The notes under the pieces are model-generated. The model was given only the letters and a program-made list of their open reading frames with translations, had not been told where the DNA came from and searched no databases. This document shows positions 49,765 through 59,755 of a DNA stretch of 64,000 bases, in pieces. Made by a program: the position numbers and the translations under genes. Source of the stretch: Candidatus Obscuribacteraceae bacterium (GTDB taxonomy: Bacteria; Cyanobacteriota; Vampirovibrionia; Obscuribacterales; Obscuribacteraceae); contig JBGASG010000007.1 in the NCBI GenBank assembly GCA_044229845.1, positions 192,001 through 256,000 of the forward strand, given 5' to 3'. Numbering within the stretch: the stretch's first letter is position 1; each line of letters starts with the position of its first letter.

Positions 49765-51723
49765 CTAGCCGACGTGGATTTTCGGCCGGCGCTTGGGAAC
49801 CGGCTCCGTAATTCGCAGCACCTCGCGGCAGACCGGCGCCGTTTCTCCCTCGCCCAGAAATATGAATTTAAAGATATAGGTGAGAGGGTTTCCTTCGGTC
49901 CAACCGAAGTAAGCGTGGGGAATCTTGCCGGTTTTATCGCGTATGTGCAACAGGAGGGCGGCGATAGCGTTGGGAATGGCCGGGCTTGTGCAGCGCAGCA
50001 CCTGGTAGCCGTCAACCTCTACTCCCTTGACGTGCAGCTCGTCCGAGAAATCGGAGGCATCGCTGAGATTTACTTCCAAAAAGATGAAATCACCTTCGGG
50101 GTGCTGAATACTGTGTACCTCACGCGATTCCGCTTCTTTGGTGCAGTAGTCGGTGCCGCCCGGGCGGTGTGACAGTATGCGGATTTCGCCTCTGGATGCC
50201 GCAGTAGCAATGAACTTCTCGGCGACGCTGTCCAATTTTATGTCGCTGACGCGCAATTCGAGGGATCTGATGGCGCGTGAAATGAGGGAAGTGACCAGAA
50301 TTGCGCCAATGAAGAACGATGCGATGTGCAAGCCCTCCGGGCGTTCAATCATGTTGAGGATGGTGGTGTAGGTGAATACCAGCGTGATCACCAGGTAGGC
50401 GATGGTCATCAGAGACATTTTGCGCGCGGCGGAGATTGTCACCGCGACCGCAGCCGAGGTGATCAAGACCAGGACGCCGGTCGCGTAGGCTCCGGCCTGG
50501 GCATCCACATCAGCACGGAATATCAGCGTGACGACGAAGGAGACCAGTGTGAAGAAGACCACCAGTGGACGCATGGCGCCAGCCCAGTCCGGTGCCATGC
50601 CGTACCGCGGCAGGTATCGAGGCACCAGATTGAGAAGCCCGGCCATGGCCGAGGCCCCGGCGAACCAGAGAATCAGAATTGAGCTGATATCGTAGGCGGT
50701 ACCAAAGCCATGACCCAGATACTCGTGCGCCAGGTAGGCGAGCGCCCGTCCGTTAGCTTCGCCATTGTCAGCGAACTTGGCTGGCTCAATCAACAGGGTA
50801 GTTGTGATCGCGCTGCCGATCAGAAAGACGCTCATGAGCAGCGCGGCGGTAAATAATAGTTTGCGAGTGTTTCGAACGCGTCCGTCGGGCTGTTCGGGAT
50901 CGTCATCGGGGCGACCCTTGACCAGCGGCATGACGGCGACTCCGGTCTCGAAACCGGACATGCCGAGGGCGAGCTTCGGGAAGAGAATGAGCGAGATGCC
51001 GGCCATTGTCCAGAAGCTCTTATACTGGTGCATCAGCCCTTGCTGCCAATTTTGAATGTGCTCCGGGTGCTCCAGGATGTCGTTGCCGGCGACACCAATG
51101 ATGATACCGCTCATGGTCAGGTAGAGAATCACGAGCACGATCGAGACACCAATCGCTTCGCGGAAACCCAGCAGAAATATCGCTCCCAGCACGGAGAGCA
51201 GAAACAAGGTGATCCCCTCCCTGGACAATAACCAGGGCGGCACCTGTTGAATGACGAGCGGGTTTTCGACGACGTGTGCGGTGGCATCGGCAGCCGAGAG
51301 TGTAATGGTGATAATGAAGTCTGTGGCTGCAAATCCCAGCAGAATCAGAACAATTGTTTTGCCACGCCAGCCGGGGAAGAGGTTTTCCAGCATGGCAATC
51401 GAGCCCTGCCCGTGGGGACTTTCCTTCGCAACGCGCGAATAGACAGGTAGCGCGCCGAACAAAGTCAAAAGCACGATCGTCAGGGTGGCGAACGGCGACA
51501 GCGCGCCAGCCGCTAAGAAGGCTATGCCGGGCTGGTAGCCGAGCGTCGAAAAATAATCGACGCCCGTGAGGCACATGACCTTCCACCACGCCGCCTGATG
51601 GAGCTTTGAATCGCGGGATTTTTGTTGCTGTTTGATGCCTTCAAAGAACCAGCGCCGAAATTTTGTCGACATCATGCGCGAGCGCTGCTCATTGTCCTGG
51701 GAAACCGTGGTAATCGATGACAT
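49765..51723 (-). CDS. APC-superfamily transporter with a cytoplasmic C-terminal domain
   Basis: [37 protein letters not shown], about 12 TM segments; start could also be a nearby Met. Confidence 0.85.
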   Translation of the reverse strand: MSSITTVSQDNEQRSRMMSTKFRRWFFEGIKQQQKSRDSKLHQAAWWKVMCLTGVDYFSTLGYQPGIAFLAAGALSPFATLTIVLLTLFGALPVYSRVAKESPHGQGSIAMLENLFPGWRGKTIVLILLGFAATDFIITITLSAADATAHVVENPLVIQQVPPWLLSREGITLFLLSVLGAIFLLGFREAIGVSIVLVILYLTMSGIIIGVAGNDILEHPEHIQNWQQGLMHQYKSFWTMAGISLILFPKLALGMSGFETGVAVMPLVKGRPDDDPEQPDGRVRNTRKLLFTAALLMSVFLIGSAITTTLLIEPAKFADNGEANGRALAYLAHEYLGHGFGTAYDISSILILWFAGASAMAGLLNLVPRYLPRYGMAPDWAGAMRPLVVFFTLVSFVVTLIFRADVDAQAGAYATGVLVLITSAAVAVTISAARKMSLMTIAYLVITLVFTYTTILNMIERPEGLHIASFFIGAILVTSLISRAIRSLELRVSDIKLDSVAEKFIATAASRGEIRILSHRPGGTDYCTKEAESREVHSIQHPEGDFIFLEVNLSDASDFSDELHVKGVEVDGYQVLRCTSPAIPNAIAALLLHIRDKTGKIPHAYFGWTEGNPLTYIFKFIFLGEGETAPVCREVLRITEPVPKRRPKIHVG

Positions 51724-51769
51724 TTTAGTTGTAAGGTAGTTTTGATGCTCCGATCCTAGATTTGCGTGA

Positions 51770-51820
51770 CATAAAAACACCGCAAATATTTCCCGATTTG
51801 AGATCAAAAAAACGTAAAAA
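51770..51820 (-). promoter_or_regulatory. Phased direct repeats, putative KdpE boxes for the transporter gene
   Basis: CATAAAAA (51770), CGCAAATA (51781), GATCAAAA (51802) and CGTAAAAA (51813); spacing 11/21/11. Confidence 0.5.
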
Positions 51821-51944
51821 TACCGAATCCGATCAGGATTTTTGCTTGATTCAGGCGACGAGATCTTCTGGAGCGTCGGCGGAAGGACGACTCAAAAGGC
51901 TCATTTGGTGCAGGTCACGCGGAACTCATTCAGCATCAACGCAA

Positions 51945-52000
51945 TTTTGATGCCGCCGGATGCGATTTTGACGCACTCTTAACGCCCTGCTGACTACTCT
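51945..52000 (+). promoter_or_regulatory. Phased direct repeats plus -10 element, putative KdpE-dependent promoter
   Basis: TTTTGATGC (51945), TTTTGACGC (51966) and TCTTAACGC (51977); TACTCT at 51995. Confidence 0.55.
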
Positions 52001-52028
52001 TGGAGTATCAGTTGCAGTTAGGTGTCCC

Positions 52029-52226
52029 ATGGAAATTTGCTTGATATTAGGTGCCTTCGTCATCGCCTGGGCAGGCGGACACATGTTGGATAAGCTGATG
52101 ACGCTGGCTTTCCCTGATGCGCCGCAAGCGACCGGTCTGGAGCCCGTGCAATCTGTCGGTGCCAGGGCGAGGAAGAATGTCGGCGCCGCCGGCGGTAGAG
52201 TGGCTTCATGGGGAGCTCGCAGCTGA
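52029..52226 (+). CDS. Small single-TM peptide
   Basis: 65 aa with hydrophobic N-terminus; AGGT upstream; lies behind the repeat boxes. Confidence 0.55.
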   Translation: MEICLILGAFVIAWAGGHMLDKLMTLAFPDAPQATGLEPVQSVGARARKNVGAAGGRVASWGARS

Positions 52227-52293
52227 CCCCATGTCGCGGGGGCGGCGCGGGGCTCGTGCTATATTCGAATCCGTCGAGCAAAATGCGACGGGT

Positions 52294-53004
52294 ATGGACA
52301 CAACCAGGTCAGTCGATCAAGGAATTGTGCTGGTCATTGAGGATGAGCAGCCGATTCGGCGTTACTTGAAGGCTGCCTTGCATCCCTACGGATTTAAAAT
52401 CATCGAGGCTGCAACTGGCGAAGAGGGATTGAGCCTGGCTGCAACCAGCAATCCGGATGTCGTCCTGCTGGACCTCGGGCTGCCCGATGTTGACGGTCTT
52501 GAGGTGACGCGGCGGCTGAGAGAATGGAGCACCGTTCCCATCATCGTGCTGTCTGCTCGTGAGCATGAATCGGACAAGATTACGGCTCTGGATGCGGGAG
52601 CTGACGATTACCTGACCAAGCCATTTGGTACCGGTGAACTGATGGCCCGTATTCGAGTTGCCCTGCGGCACAATTTGCGCACCAAGGGTGATACCGCGCA
52701 GGCGTCCTTTACTGCCGGCAGGGTGCGTGTCGATTTTGCCAAAAGGCAGGTGTTTTTGGATGACGAAGAAGTGCATTTGACGCCGCACGAGTACAAGTTG
52801 CTGACGATCCTGGCTCAGCATGCCGGAAAGGTAGTGACGCACAGACAGCTTCTGAAAGAAGTCTGGGGGCAAGGTTATCAAAACGAGAGCCACTATCTGC
52901 GCGTTTATATGGCTCATCTGAGGCACAAACTGGAAGAAGATCCGGCGCGCCCGCGCCACTTTATCACCGAGCCTGGAGTGGGCTACCGATTGAGGGTGGA
53001 ATAG
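52294..53004 (+). CDS. kdpE: OmpR-family response regulator, KdpE
   Basis: LDLGLPDVDG, ALDAGADDYLTKPF, GKVVTHRQLLKEVWG, HYLRVYMAHLRHKLE and TEPGVGYR. Confidence 0.92.
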   Translation: MDTTRSVDQGIVLVIEDEQPIRRYLKAALHPYGFKIIEAATGEEGLSLAATSNPDVVLLDLGLPDVDGLEVTRRLREWSTVPIIVLSAREHESDKITALDAGADDYLTKPFGTGELMARIRVALRHNLRTKGDTAQASFTAGRVRVDFAKRQVFLDDEEVHLTPHEYKLLTILAQHAGKVVTHRQLLKEVWGQGYQNESHYLRVYMAHLRHKLEEDPARPRHFITEPGVGYRLRVE

Positions 53005-53032
53005 TCTGCGCGCTGAAAGGGATTTCGAGTTT

Positions 53033-54145
53033 TCAGGTTTCTTCCCGAATCTCGGGTGGCACTGTATCTAGTGGCAGTGTGAAACAAATCTGAGCACCGC
53101 CGCCCGGGCGGTTTCCGGCAGTTATTGTTCCACCATGCGCTTTGACTATTCCGTGGCAGATTGCCAATCCCAGTCCAACGCCTGCCGAACTTTTGGCGGC
53201 GCTGCCTCGATAGAATTTCTCAAATACGTGATCGCTTTCTGCCGGGGAGAAGCCGGGGCCGGTGTCTAGAACGCAGACAGTAACTAAGCCCTTGGTAGTG
53301 TCACCGGCACCGCTGGTTGGAGTTGCTGATACCGAAACGGCAATAGACGCGGTGGTTCCCGCGTATTTGATGGCGTTGTCCAGCAAGTTGGTCAGTACTT
53401 GTTCAATCAGAACCGCGTCCAGCGGCACGAGCAACAGTTCATCCGGCAATAGAACCTCAATCCGGGCGCCGGCTAATTTGGCTTCAACTCGTGCCAGGGC
53501 GGTGCCGATTACTTCTTCGATGGCCTGCCATTCCTTGTTGACCAGAATGTTGCCGGATTCAACGCGAGTCATTTCGAGCAAGTTTCCGACCAGGCGGTTC
53601 ATTCGTTCTGATTCTTCATAAATGACCTCCAGCAGCTCATGTCGGGTTCCGGGATTGCTCTCGGCGGCTTCCTGCAAAAGACTGCTCGACGCACCGGTGA
53701 TGGTGGCAAGCGGTGTGCGCAAATCATGAGAAACCGAACTCAGCAATGTGCTGCGCAACCGTTCCGTCTCCATCTGGCTGGAAGCTTGATCGGCTGCTTC
53801 CGCGTGTTCTCTGACTTGTGTGGTAAGCGTGCTTATCAACACCGCTACGGTCAACATCATGGCGAACGTCAGAAGATACTGAGTGTCGCTGACTGCAAAA
53901 CTCAGGTACGGATGCACGCAGAAAAAATCGAAAGCTGCGACGCTCAGAAACGAAGCCAGTACCGAAGCGCCTCTCCCGAAACGAATGGCGACGATCACCA
54001 CCCCTATCAGATAGACCATAATCAAATTAGCGGGTGACAGGTATGGTTTGGCCACCTGCGCGGCGAGCGTAGCGGCTGCGGTGATCGCGGCACCGGCGAG
54101 GTATCCCAACAGAGTTGTGCGTTGCCGGTGAACCATAATCTCCAA
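53033..54145 (-). CDS. Minimal KdpD-like sensor kinase (4-TM DUF4118 + HisKA + HATPase)
   Basis: ANLIMVYL, FDFFCVHPYLSFAV, ERLRSTLLSSVSHDLRTPL, NLLDNAIKY and GLGLAIC. Confidence 0.9.
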   Translation of the reverse strand: MEIMVHRQRTTLLGYLAGAAITAAATLAAQVAKPYLSPANLIMVYLIGVVIVAIRFGRGASVLASFLSVAAFDFFCVHPYLSFAVSDTQYLLTFAMMLTVAVLISTLTTQVREHAEAADQASSQMETERLRSTLLSSVSHDLRTPLATITGASSSLLQEAAESNPGTRHELLEVIYEESERMNRLVGNLLEMTRVESGNILVNKEWQAIEEVIGTALARVEAKLAGARIEVLLPDELLLVPLDAVLIEQVLTNLLDNAIKYAGTTASIAVSVSATPTSGAGDTTKGLVTVCVLDTGPGFSPAESDHVFEKFYRGSAAKSSAGVGLGLAICHGIVKAHGGTITAGNRPGGGAQICFTLPLDTVPPEIREET

Positions 54146-54285
54146 CTATACCGCAGGCGAGGGTCGCACCGGCACCGAAAGTGGTATCAAAACCGAATGT
54201 GCCTTGTAAAAAGCCGCATTATATTGCGATCAACGGCAAGTAGCTTGCGATAAAATTCCCGGAATCACCAGTCGAGGACGGTTTT

Positions 54286-55083
54286 ATGACCTTCGTGCGC
54301 CAGACGATAATTGCCGGTAATTGGAAGATGAACTTGAACCGTAGCGAGGCGAAGCAGCTGACCTCGGCAATTGCCGAAGGAGTCAAGAGTCAATCCGATC
54401 TACCCGCTATTGTCCTTTGCCCGCCGTTCACCAGTCTGGAAACCGTCGGCGCCGCCATCGACCCCAAGACGATTGCTCTCGGTGCCCAAAACATGGACTA
54501 TCGCGACTCAGGGGCGTTTACTGGAGAAGTCGCTCCTCCCATGTTGCTGGATTTGAATGTGAAATACGTCATCATTGGACATTCAGAAAGACGCCAACTT
54601 TTTGGAGAAACGAACCAAACTGTCAATCTAAAGCTGAAAGCCGCGCTCAGTCACAAACTTTTACCGATCGTCTGCGTGGGCGAAACTCTCGATGAACGGG
54701 AAAGCAACCTCACTGACTCGGTCGTCAGCCGCCAAGTAGTAGCTGCCTTGCAGGGGCTGACAGCTGCCGAGCTTAGTTCGCTGGTGATCGCCTACGAGCC
54801 AGTCTGGGCTATTGGCACCGGCAAGGTTTGCGAAGCCATGGAAGCTAATCGAGTCATCCGGACAATACGTCAGACTCTCGCTAACTCCACGTCTCAAGAC
54901 CTGGCCAACCGGGTCCCGATCCTCTACGGCGGGAGCGTCAATTCCAAGAACGTTGACGAACAACTGATTCAAAGCGACATCGATGGTTCATTGGTCGGAG
55001 GCGCCAGCCTCAAAGCGGAAGACTTCCTCTCAATAATTGCCTCCGCGAAGAAATCACGCCTAAAAGTTGCGAATAAAGCCTAG
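54286..55083 (+). CDS. tpiA: Triosephosphate isomerase
   Basis: AGNWKMN, GHSERR, AYEPVWAIGTG, YGGSV and VGGASL. Confidence 0.97.
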   Translation: MTFVRQTIIAGNWKMNLNRSEAKQLTSAIAEGVKSQSDLPAIVLCPPFTSLETVGAAIDPKTIALGAQNMDYRDSGAFTGEVAPPMLLDLNVKYVIIGHSERRQLFGETNQTVNLKLKAALSHKLLPIVCVGETLDERESNLTDSVVSRQVVAALQGLTAAELSSLVIAYEPVWAIGTGKVCEAMEANRVIRTIRQTLANSTSQDLANRVPILYGGSVNSKNVDEQLIQSDIDGSLVGGASLKAEDFLSIIASAKKSRLKVANKA

Positions 55084-55101
55084 GTGCCGGCTGGACTCTA
55101 G

Positions 55102-55121
55102 ATCTGAACCGATATCGGTTC
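55102..55121. repeat. Palindromic repeat copy 7
   Basis: ATCTGAACCGATATCGGTTC downstream of tpiA. Confidence 0.92.
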
Positions 55122-55255
55122 GGGATTGTTTTACGGGACCTTTGCAAGCGAAACTGTTATCCTTGAAAAAGCATGCACCGCGCAGGCGACCGCGGATTAA
55201 CGTGGGGCGGCTGAGGGATGTCCCATCAGCTATAATGTCTCGCCTGAGATTACTC

Positions 55256-55347
<92 letters not shown>

Positions 55348-55364
55348 TTGTTTGAGCTCCGAAA

Positions 55365-56480
55365 ATGGACCAATTTGTCGCCAAGTTAGAAGAGATTGAA
55401 AAGACGTACAGGGAGCTCGAGGAAAAACTCGGCGATCCGAACGTTCTGAGCGATCAAAGTACCTTCAAGCGACTGGCCAAGACACGTCGGCAGCTGGAGC
55501 CGACTATGGATCGCTTCAGTCTGTGGCGCGAGGTGGCACGCCAAATTGAGGGTGCGCAGGAGATTCTGCGTACGGAAAACGACAAAGACCTGCGAGAAAT
55601 GGCAGAAGCGGAGCTGGCTGAACTCAAGGGGCGGCACACGGCACTTGGCGAGCAACTCAAGCTAGACCTGCTGCCCAAAGATCCCAACGACGAACGGGAT
55701 ATCATCGTTGAAATTAGAGCCGGAACAGGTGGCGACGAAGCCTCGCTTTTTGCAGGGGATTTGAGTCGCATGTATCTGAAATACGCCGAGCGGATGCGTT
55801 GGAACGCGGAGTTGGTGGACAAGAACGACGGCGAAGTCGGCGGATACAAGGAAGTCATCATGAAAGTGAGTGGTGACGCTGTCTACAGTAAGATGAAGTT
55901 TGAATCCGGTGTGCACCGTGTGCAACGCGTTCCGGAAACGGAGGCGCAGGGGCGTGTCCATACCTCTACGGCCACGGTTGCAGTCATGCCGGAGGCTGAC
56001 GAGGTTGATGTCCAGCTCAACGAGAACGATTTAGAGATATCGACAATGCGTTCTGGCGGTGCCGGTGGGCAAAACGTCAATAAAGTAGAAAGTGCAGTCC
56101 GTATCGTGCACAAGCCGACTGGCATCATGGTGGCGTGTTCGGAAGAGCGCAACCAACTGCAAAACAAGCAGAGGGCTAAAGAAATTCTGCTTGCCAAACT
56201 ATACAAACTGGAGATGGAGGCGCGGCAGAAAGAATTGGCAGATGCGAAGCGATCTCAGATCGGCACAGGCGATCGGTCGGAAAAAATTCGCACCTACAAT
56301 TACAAGGACAATCGGGTGACCGACCACCGACTGAATCAGAACTTCAGTTTACAGCAGGTTCTCGAGGGCGACCTGGAGAAGGTAATCGAAGCCCATATCC
56401 TTGCAGAACAACAGCGCATGCTGGAAGTCTCTACGCAATTAGATGATAACAATAACGGCTCTGAAAAACGCGGCAGTTAA
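55365..56480 (+). CDS. prfA: Peptide chain release factor 1
   Basis: [23 protein letters not shown] (PxT), [10 protein letters not shown] and RTYN. Confidence 0.96.
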   Translation: MDQFVAKLEEIEKTYRELEEKLGDPNVLSDQSTFKRLAKTRRQLEPTMDRFSLWREVARQIEGAQEILRTENDKDLREMAEAELAELKGRHTALGEQLKLDLLPKDPNDERDIIVEIRAGTGGDEASLFAGDLSRMYLKYAERMRWNAELVDKNDGEVGGYKEVIMKVSGDAVYSKMKFESGVHRVQRVPETEAQGRVHTSTATVAVMPEADEVDVQLNENDLEISTMRSGGAGGQNVNKVESAVRIVHKPTGIMVACSEERNQLQNKQRAKEILLAKLYKLEMEARQKELADAKRSQIGTGDRSEKIRTYNYKDNRVTDHRLNQNFSLQQVLEGDLEKVIEAHILAEQQRMLEVSTQLDDNNNGSEKRGS

Positions 56481-57339
56481 GGCGCTGGTTGGCTTTGGGG
56501 TGGAACCGCCAGAAGCGCGTCGCGAAGCCGAGCTGATTGTCGAACACATCACCGGGCTGACAATCGAAGGACAGATAAAAGTCGGTTCTGCCGCCACGCA
56601 CCCAAGCTGGGAAGGTGCCCTGGAAGGAATTTTGGCGCGCCGCCAACGGCGCGAGCCGCTGCAGTACATCCTCGGTTACACCCTGTTTCGCGGCTTGAAA
56701 TTCCAGTGCCACCAGGGCGTATTTATTCCGCGCAGCGACACGGAAACCGTGGTGGCGGTCGCTCTAGACCTGCTTGCTCTGGAGTCCAGCGCGCCGATCA
56801 AAGTGCTGGAAGTGGGTCCTGGAGCCGGCACCATTTGCATATCCCTGTTGCATGCGCTGCCAGATGTTTTGGTGACAGCCGTAGAGAAAAGCGCGGCGGC
56901 GATTTGTGCAACGCTTTCCAACGCTGGCGCGCAGGGTGACGCTATCAGAGGTCGTTTGACCGTTATACAGCAAGACTGGCTTGACTTTGTCGCTAGTGCC
57001 ACCGACCAGTTCCACCTGGTGGTGAGTAATCCGCCCTACATCCCGCTGTGTCAGCAACCGAAGTTGCAGCCGGAGGTAGGTCTTTGGGAGCCGCACGAGG
57101 CCTTATTCGGAGGGGGCGACGACGGCTTGCTTGTCTACCGTCAGCTGGCCCTTCGAGCTCCGAAGGTTCTCTTCCCGGGCGGATATCTGGTGGTAGAAGT
57201 TGGTGATGGGCAAGCGGAGAGTGTCGTGCATATCTTTGAGGCATCCCACTGGCAGGCGGTGAACGCTCACTTGGATGTCCACGGATTGACGCGGGCGATA
57301 AGCGCTTGCGCCCCTAGACAGTCTGTCCAAGCGGGTTAG
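56443..57339 (+). CDS. prmC: Release factor glutamine methyltransferase
   Basis: [16 protein letters not shown] and VSNPPYI; follows prfA. Confidence 0.93.
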   Translation: MITITALKNAAVKALVGFGVEPPEARREAELIVEHITGLTIEGQIKVGSAATHPSWEGALEGILARRQRREPLQYILGYTLFRGLKFQCHQGVFIPRSDTETVVAVALDLLALESSAPIKVLEVGPGAGTICISLLHALPDVLVTAVEKSAAAICATLSNAGAQGDAIRGRLTVIQQDWLDFVASATDQFHLVVSNPPYIPLCQQPKLQPEVGLWEPHEALFGGGDDGLLVYRQLALRAPKVLFPGGYLVVEVGDGQAESVVHIFEASHWQAVNAHLDVHGLTRAISACAPRQSVQAG

Positions 57340-57367
57340 AAACTGATAAGATGTAACAATCACTCAC

Positions 57368-58264
57368 ATGAGGTGGTGCGGAATGGACGATGGCATGATC
57401 AAGGCTATCTCGACAGATGGCACTATCAGGGCTGTGATCGCCGGAACCACTCATCTCGTTGAAGACGCTCGACAAAGACACGGACTCTCTTTCACATCAA
57501 CCGCCGCACTAGGAAGGGCTCTCACGGGTGCATGCTTATTGTCATCCGTGGTATCTAAACGCGGACAAGTGGCGATGAAGTTCGCTGGCAATGGTCCGCT
57601 GGGCAAAGTTGTCGTTGACGCCTCCCCAAAGGGAACGGTCCGCGGGTATGTAGAGCATCCTCAGGTTGAGCTTCCGCTCAACAGTTTGGGGAATTTTGAT
57701 GTTGGAGCAGCTGTCGGTAATAACGGCTATCTGCATGTGACTATCGACCACGGCTTTGGGCGTCCGTACACTTCTACAGTCGAATTGCAGTCCGGCGAAA
57801 TCGGGGAGGACATCAACCGCTACCTGGTCACTTCAGATCAAACTGGTTCGATTGTCATTCTTGGCACGCATCTCTCGGCACGCGGAGTCGAGGCTGCCGG
57901 AGGGCTGATCGTGCAGCTCTTGCCAGGCTACACGGAGGAGACCATCTGCAAAATCGAGAACAATATCAGCACCTTTGGCACATTTACGTTTCTGATGCGC
58001 CGGGGGATGAGTCTTCAAGACATATTGCAGCGAATCATGACAGGCTTCGAGGTCCAACAGCTCACTGATTGCCTTTCTCTTCGCTTCGCCTGCCGGTGCA
58101 CTTCCGAGCGGTTTGTCGAGGCTTTGAAAGTGCTCGGCAAAAAAGAACTGGTCGAGATGGCGGAGGAAGACGGACAGGCTGAAGGGCGTTGTCATTTCTG
58201 TAATGCCGTTTACCATGTCAGCCGCGAACGACTACTCGACATCGCCCGCAGCGTCAGTTTCTGA
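57368..58264 (+). CDS. hslO: Hsp33 chaperone
   Basis: ALGRALTG, GEIGED..YL..SDQ, AGGLIVQLLP and CRC...CHFC. Confidence 0.94.
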   Translation: MRWCGMDDGMIKAISTDGTIRAVIAGTTHLVEDARQRHGLSFTSTAALGRALTGACLLSSVVSKRGQVAMKFAGNGPLGKVVVDASPKGTVRGYVEHPQVELPLNSLGNFDVGAAVGNNGYLHVTIDHGFGRPYTSTVELQSGEIGEDINRYLVTSDQTGSIVILGTHLSARGVEAAGGLIVQLLPGYTEETICKIENNISTFGTFTFLMRRGMSLQDILQRIMTGFEVQQLTDCLSLRFACRCTSERFVEALKVLGKKELVEMAEEDGQAEGRCHFCNAVYHVSRERLLDIARSVSF

Positions 58265-58290
58265 TAAGCGCTTCGACGATGCCCGACGAG

Positions 58291-58314
58291 ATCTCAACCG
58301 ATATCGGTTGAGAT
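58291..58314. repeat. Palindromic repeat copy 8 (24 bp, perfect)
   Basis: ATCTCAACCGAT|ATCGGTTGAGAT followed by a T tract. Confidence 0.95.
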
Positions 58315-58329
58315 TTTTTTGACGCAGGC

Positions 58330-58360
58330 AAAAAAATGCCGGTCTTGTGAACCGGCAAAA
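58330..58360 (-). terminator. Intrinsic terminator of rpmB
   Basis: TGCCGGT-7nt-ACCGGCA followed by a T run on the minus strand. Confidence 0.75.
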
Positions 58361-58382
58361 TTCTTGATATCGCGGAGAGGGC

Positions 58383-58586
58383 TTAAACCGCTCGGTGCAC
58401 TTTGCCTGCTTTTATGCAGCTGGTGCAAACTTTCAGGCGCTGGATCGCATTGCCAATCTTCGCCTTGACCGGCTGCAGGTTTGGCAGCCAGCGGCGCTTG
58501 TTGTGCGGGTTCCAGTGAGACCGCAGGAAAGTGTAGTTATAGCCGGTTGTAGGACCTTTTCCGCAGACGTCGCAACGTTTAGCCAT
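58383..58586 (-). CDS. rpmB: 50S ribosomal protein L28
   Basis: MAKRCDVCGK...KRRWLPNLQ...VCTSCIKAGK. Confidence 0.95.
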   Translation of the reverse strand: MAKRCDVCGKGPTTGYNYTFLRSHWNPHNKRRWLPNLQPVKAKIGNAIQRLKVCTSCIKAGKVHRAV

Positions 58587-59017
58587 GGCTGAAATCCCTT
58601 CGTTATCGGACGGCGTTCTCCGCCTTTGTAACGGGCAAGACACGTCTTACCTGCTCAAGTGCGCAAAAATCCACCGTACAGAGCGTTTGATTGTATCATG
58701 TAACCCGAAATGTTCATGATGCTTGAATATTTCGCACGCAACATTCGCTTTACTACCAGTTCAAATCCAGGAGAGGAACTTTACAGTTGTTACTTGGTAG
58801 ACGCAGCCAAAATCATGGTAGGCTCTTAGTTGCAGGCATTACTATGCACTGTAACGATCTGCTGCGTCGGCGAGAATTCAAGAGTGTGTAGCTTGGCATA
58901 CTTTTGGGGTAGTAATCACATAGACCAGATTCAAATCGGTCATAATCTGGCGATCGTAATCTGCAATTCGATTCCAGGGCAGTTGGCGAGGCAGGGGCAG
59001 GAAATTAGGGACTAGGA

Positions 59018-59596
59018 ATGGCACTCGTAAATTACGCAGCCAGAGAGATCAACTGCAAAATCGTTTACTACGGCACCGGTCTCGGTGGCAAAACAACGAA
59101 CCTGAAATACATTCACAGCCAGTTGGCACCAACAACTCGCGGTGAACTGATCAGTCTGGCAACTGAAACAGAAAGAACGCTCTTCTTCGACTTCTTGCCG
59201 CTCGACTTGGGCAGCGTGCAGGGATTCAAAACACGGTTTTCTCTCTACACCGTCCCCGGTCAGGTGGAGTACAACGCCAGCCGTAAATTGATTTTGAACG
59301 GCGTAGACGGAATTATCTTTGTTGCCGATTCAGACGTGATGCGCGCGAAGGAAAACGTCGAGTCCCTCCAGAACATGATTGAAAACCTGGCTGAATACAA
59401 TTTGACTCTCGACCAGATACCCTGGGTTCTCCAATACAACAAACGCGACCTGGCGAACGCCATGACGATCGAGCGTTTGGAAAAAGATTTGAATATCCGT
59501 GGCGTGCCCAGTTTCGAAGCTGTTGCTTCCGAAGGACTGGGCGTTTTTGCTACGCTGAAAGCGATTTCGAAGCTGATTCTCAACCGCCTCCAGTAA
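59018..59596 (+). CDS. mglA: MglA-family small Ras-like GTPase
   Basis: [44 protein letters not shown] and QYNKRDL. Confidence 0.92.
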   Translation: MALVNYAAREINCKIVYYGTGLGGKTTNLKYIHSQLAPTTRGELISLATETERTLFFDFLPLDLGSVQGFKTRFSLYTVPGQVEYNASRKLILNGVDGIIFVADSDVMRAKENVESLQNMIENLAEYNLTLDQIPWVLQYNKRDLANAMTIERLEKDLNIRGVPSFEAVASEGLGVFATLKAISKLILNRLQ

Positions 59597-59755
59597 CTCA
59601 GTGTAGTTTTCTTTTGCAAAACATCCTGAGATGGAATGCTACTCTGCCTGCGCCTACTGCCTGGTGCAAACTGCTGTTGGATGCCTGAATTGGGTCTATA
59701 ATGCGGTCGGAGAGCCTCTCGGGTAGCCTGTTGTATATACATCTGGTGGGTTGCG

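Noticed and set aside
58830..59015. 61-aa ORF upstream of mglA as mglB
   Set aside because: Too short, TTG start, and no roadblock-like pattern.
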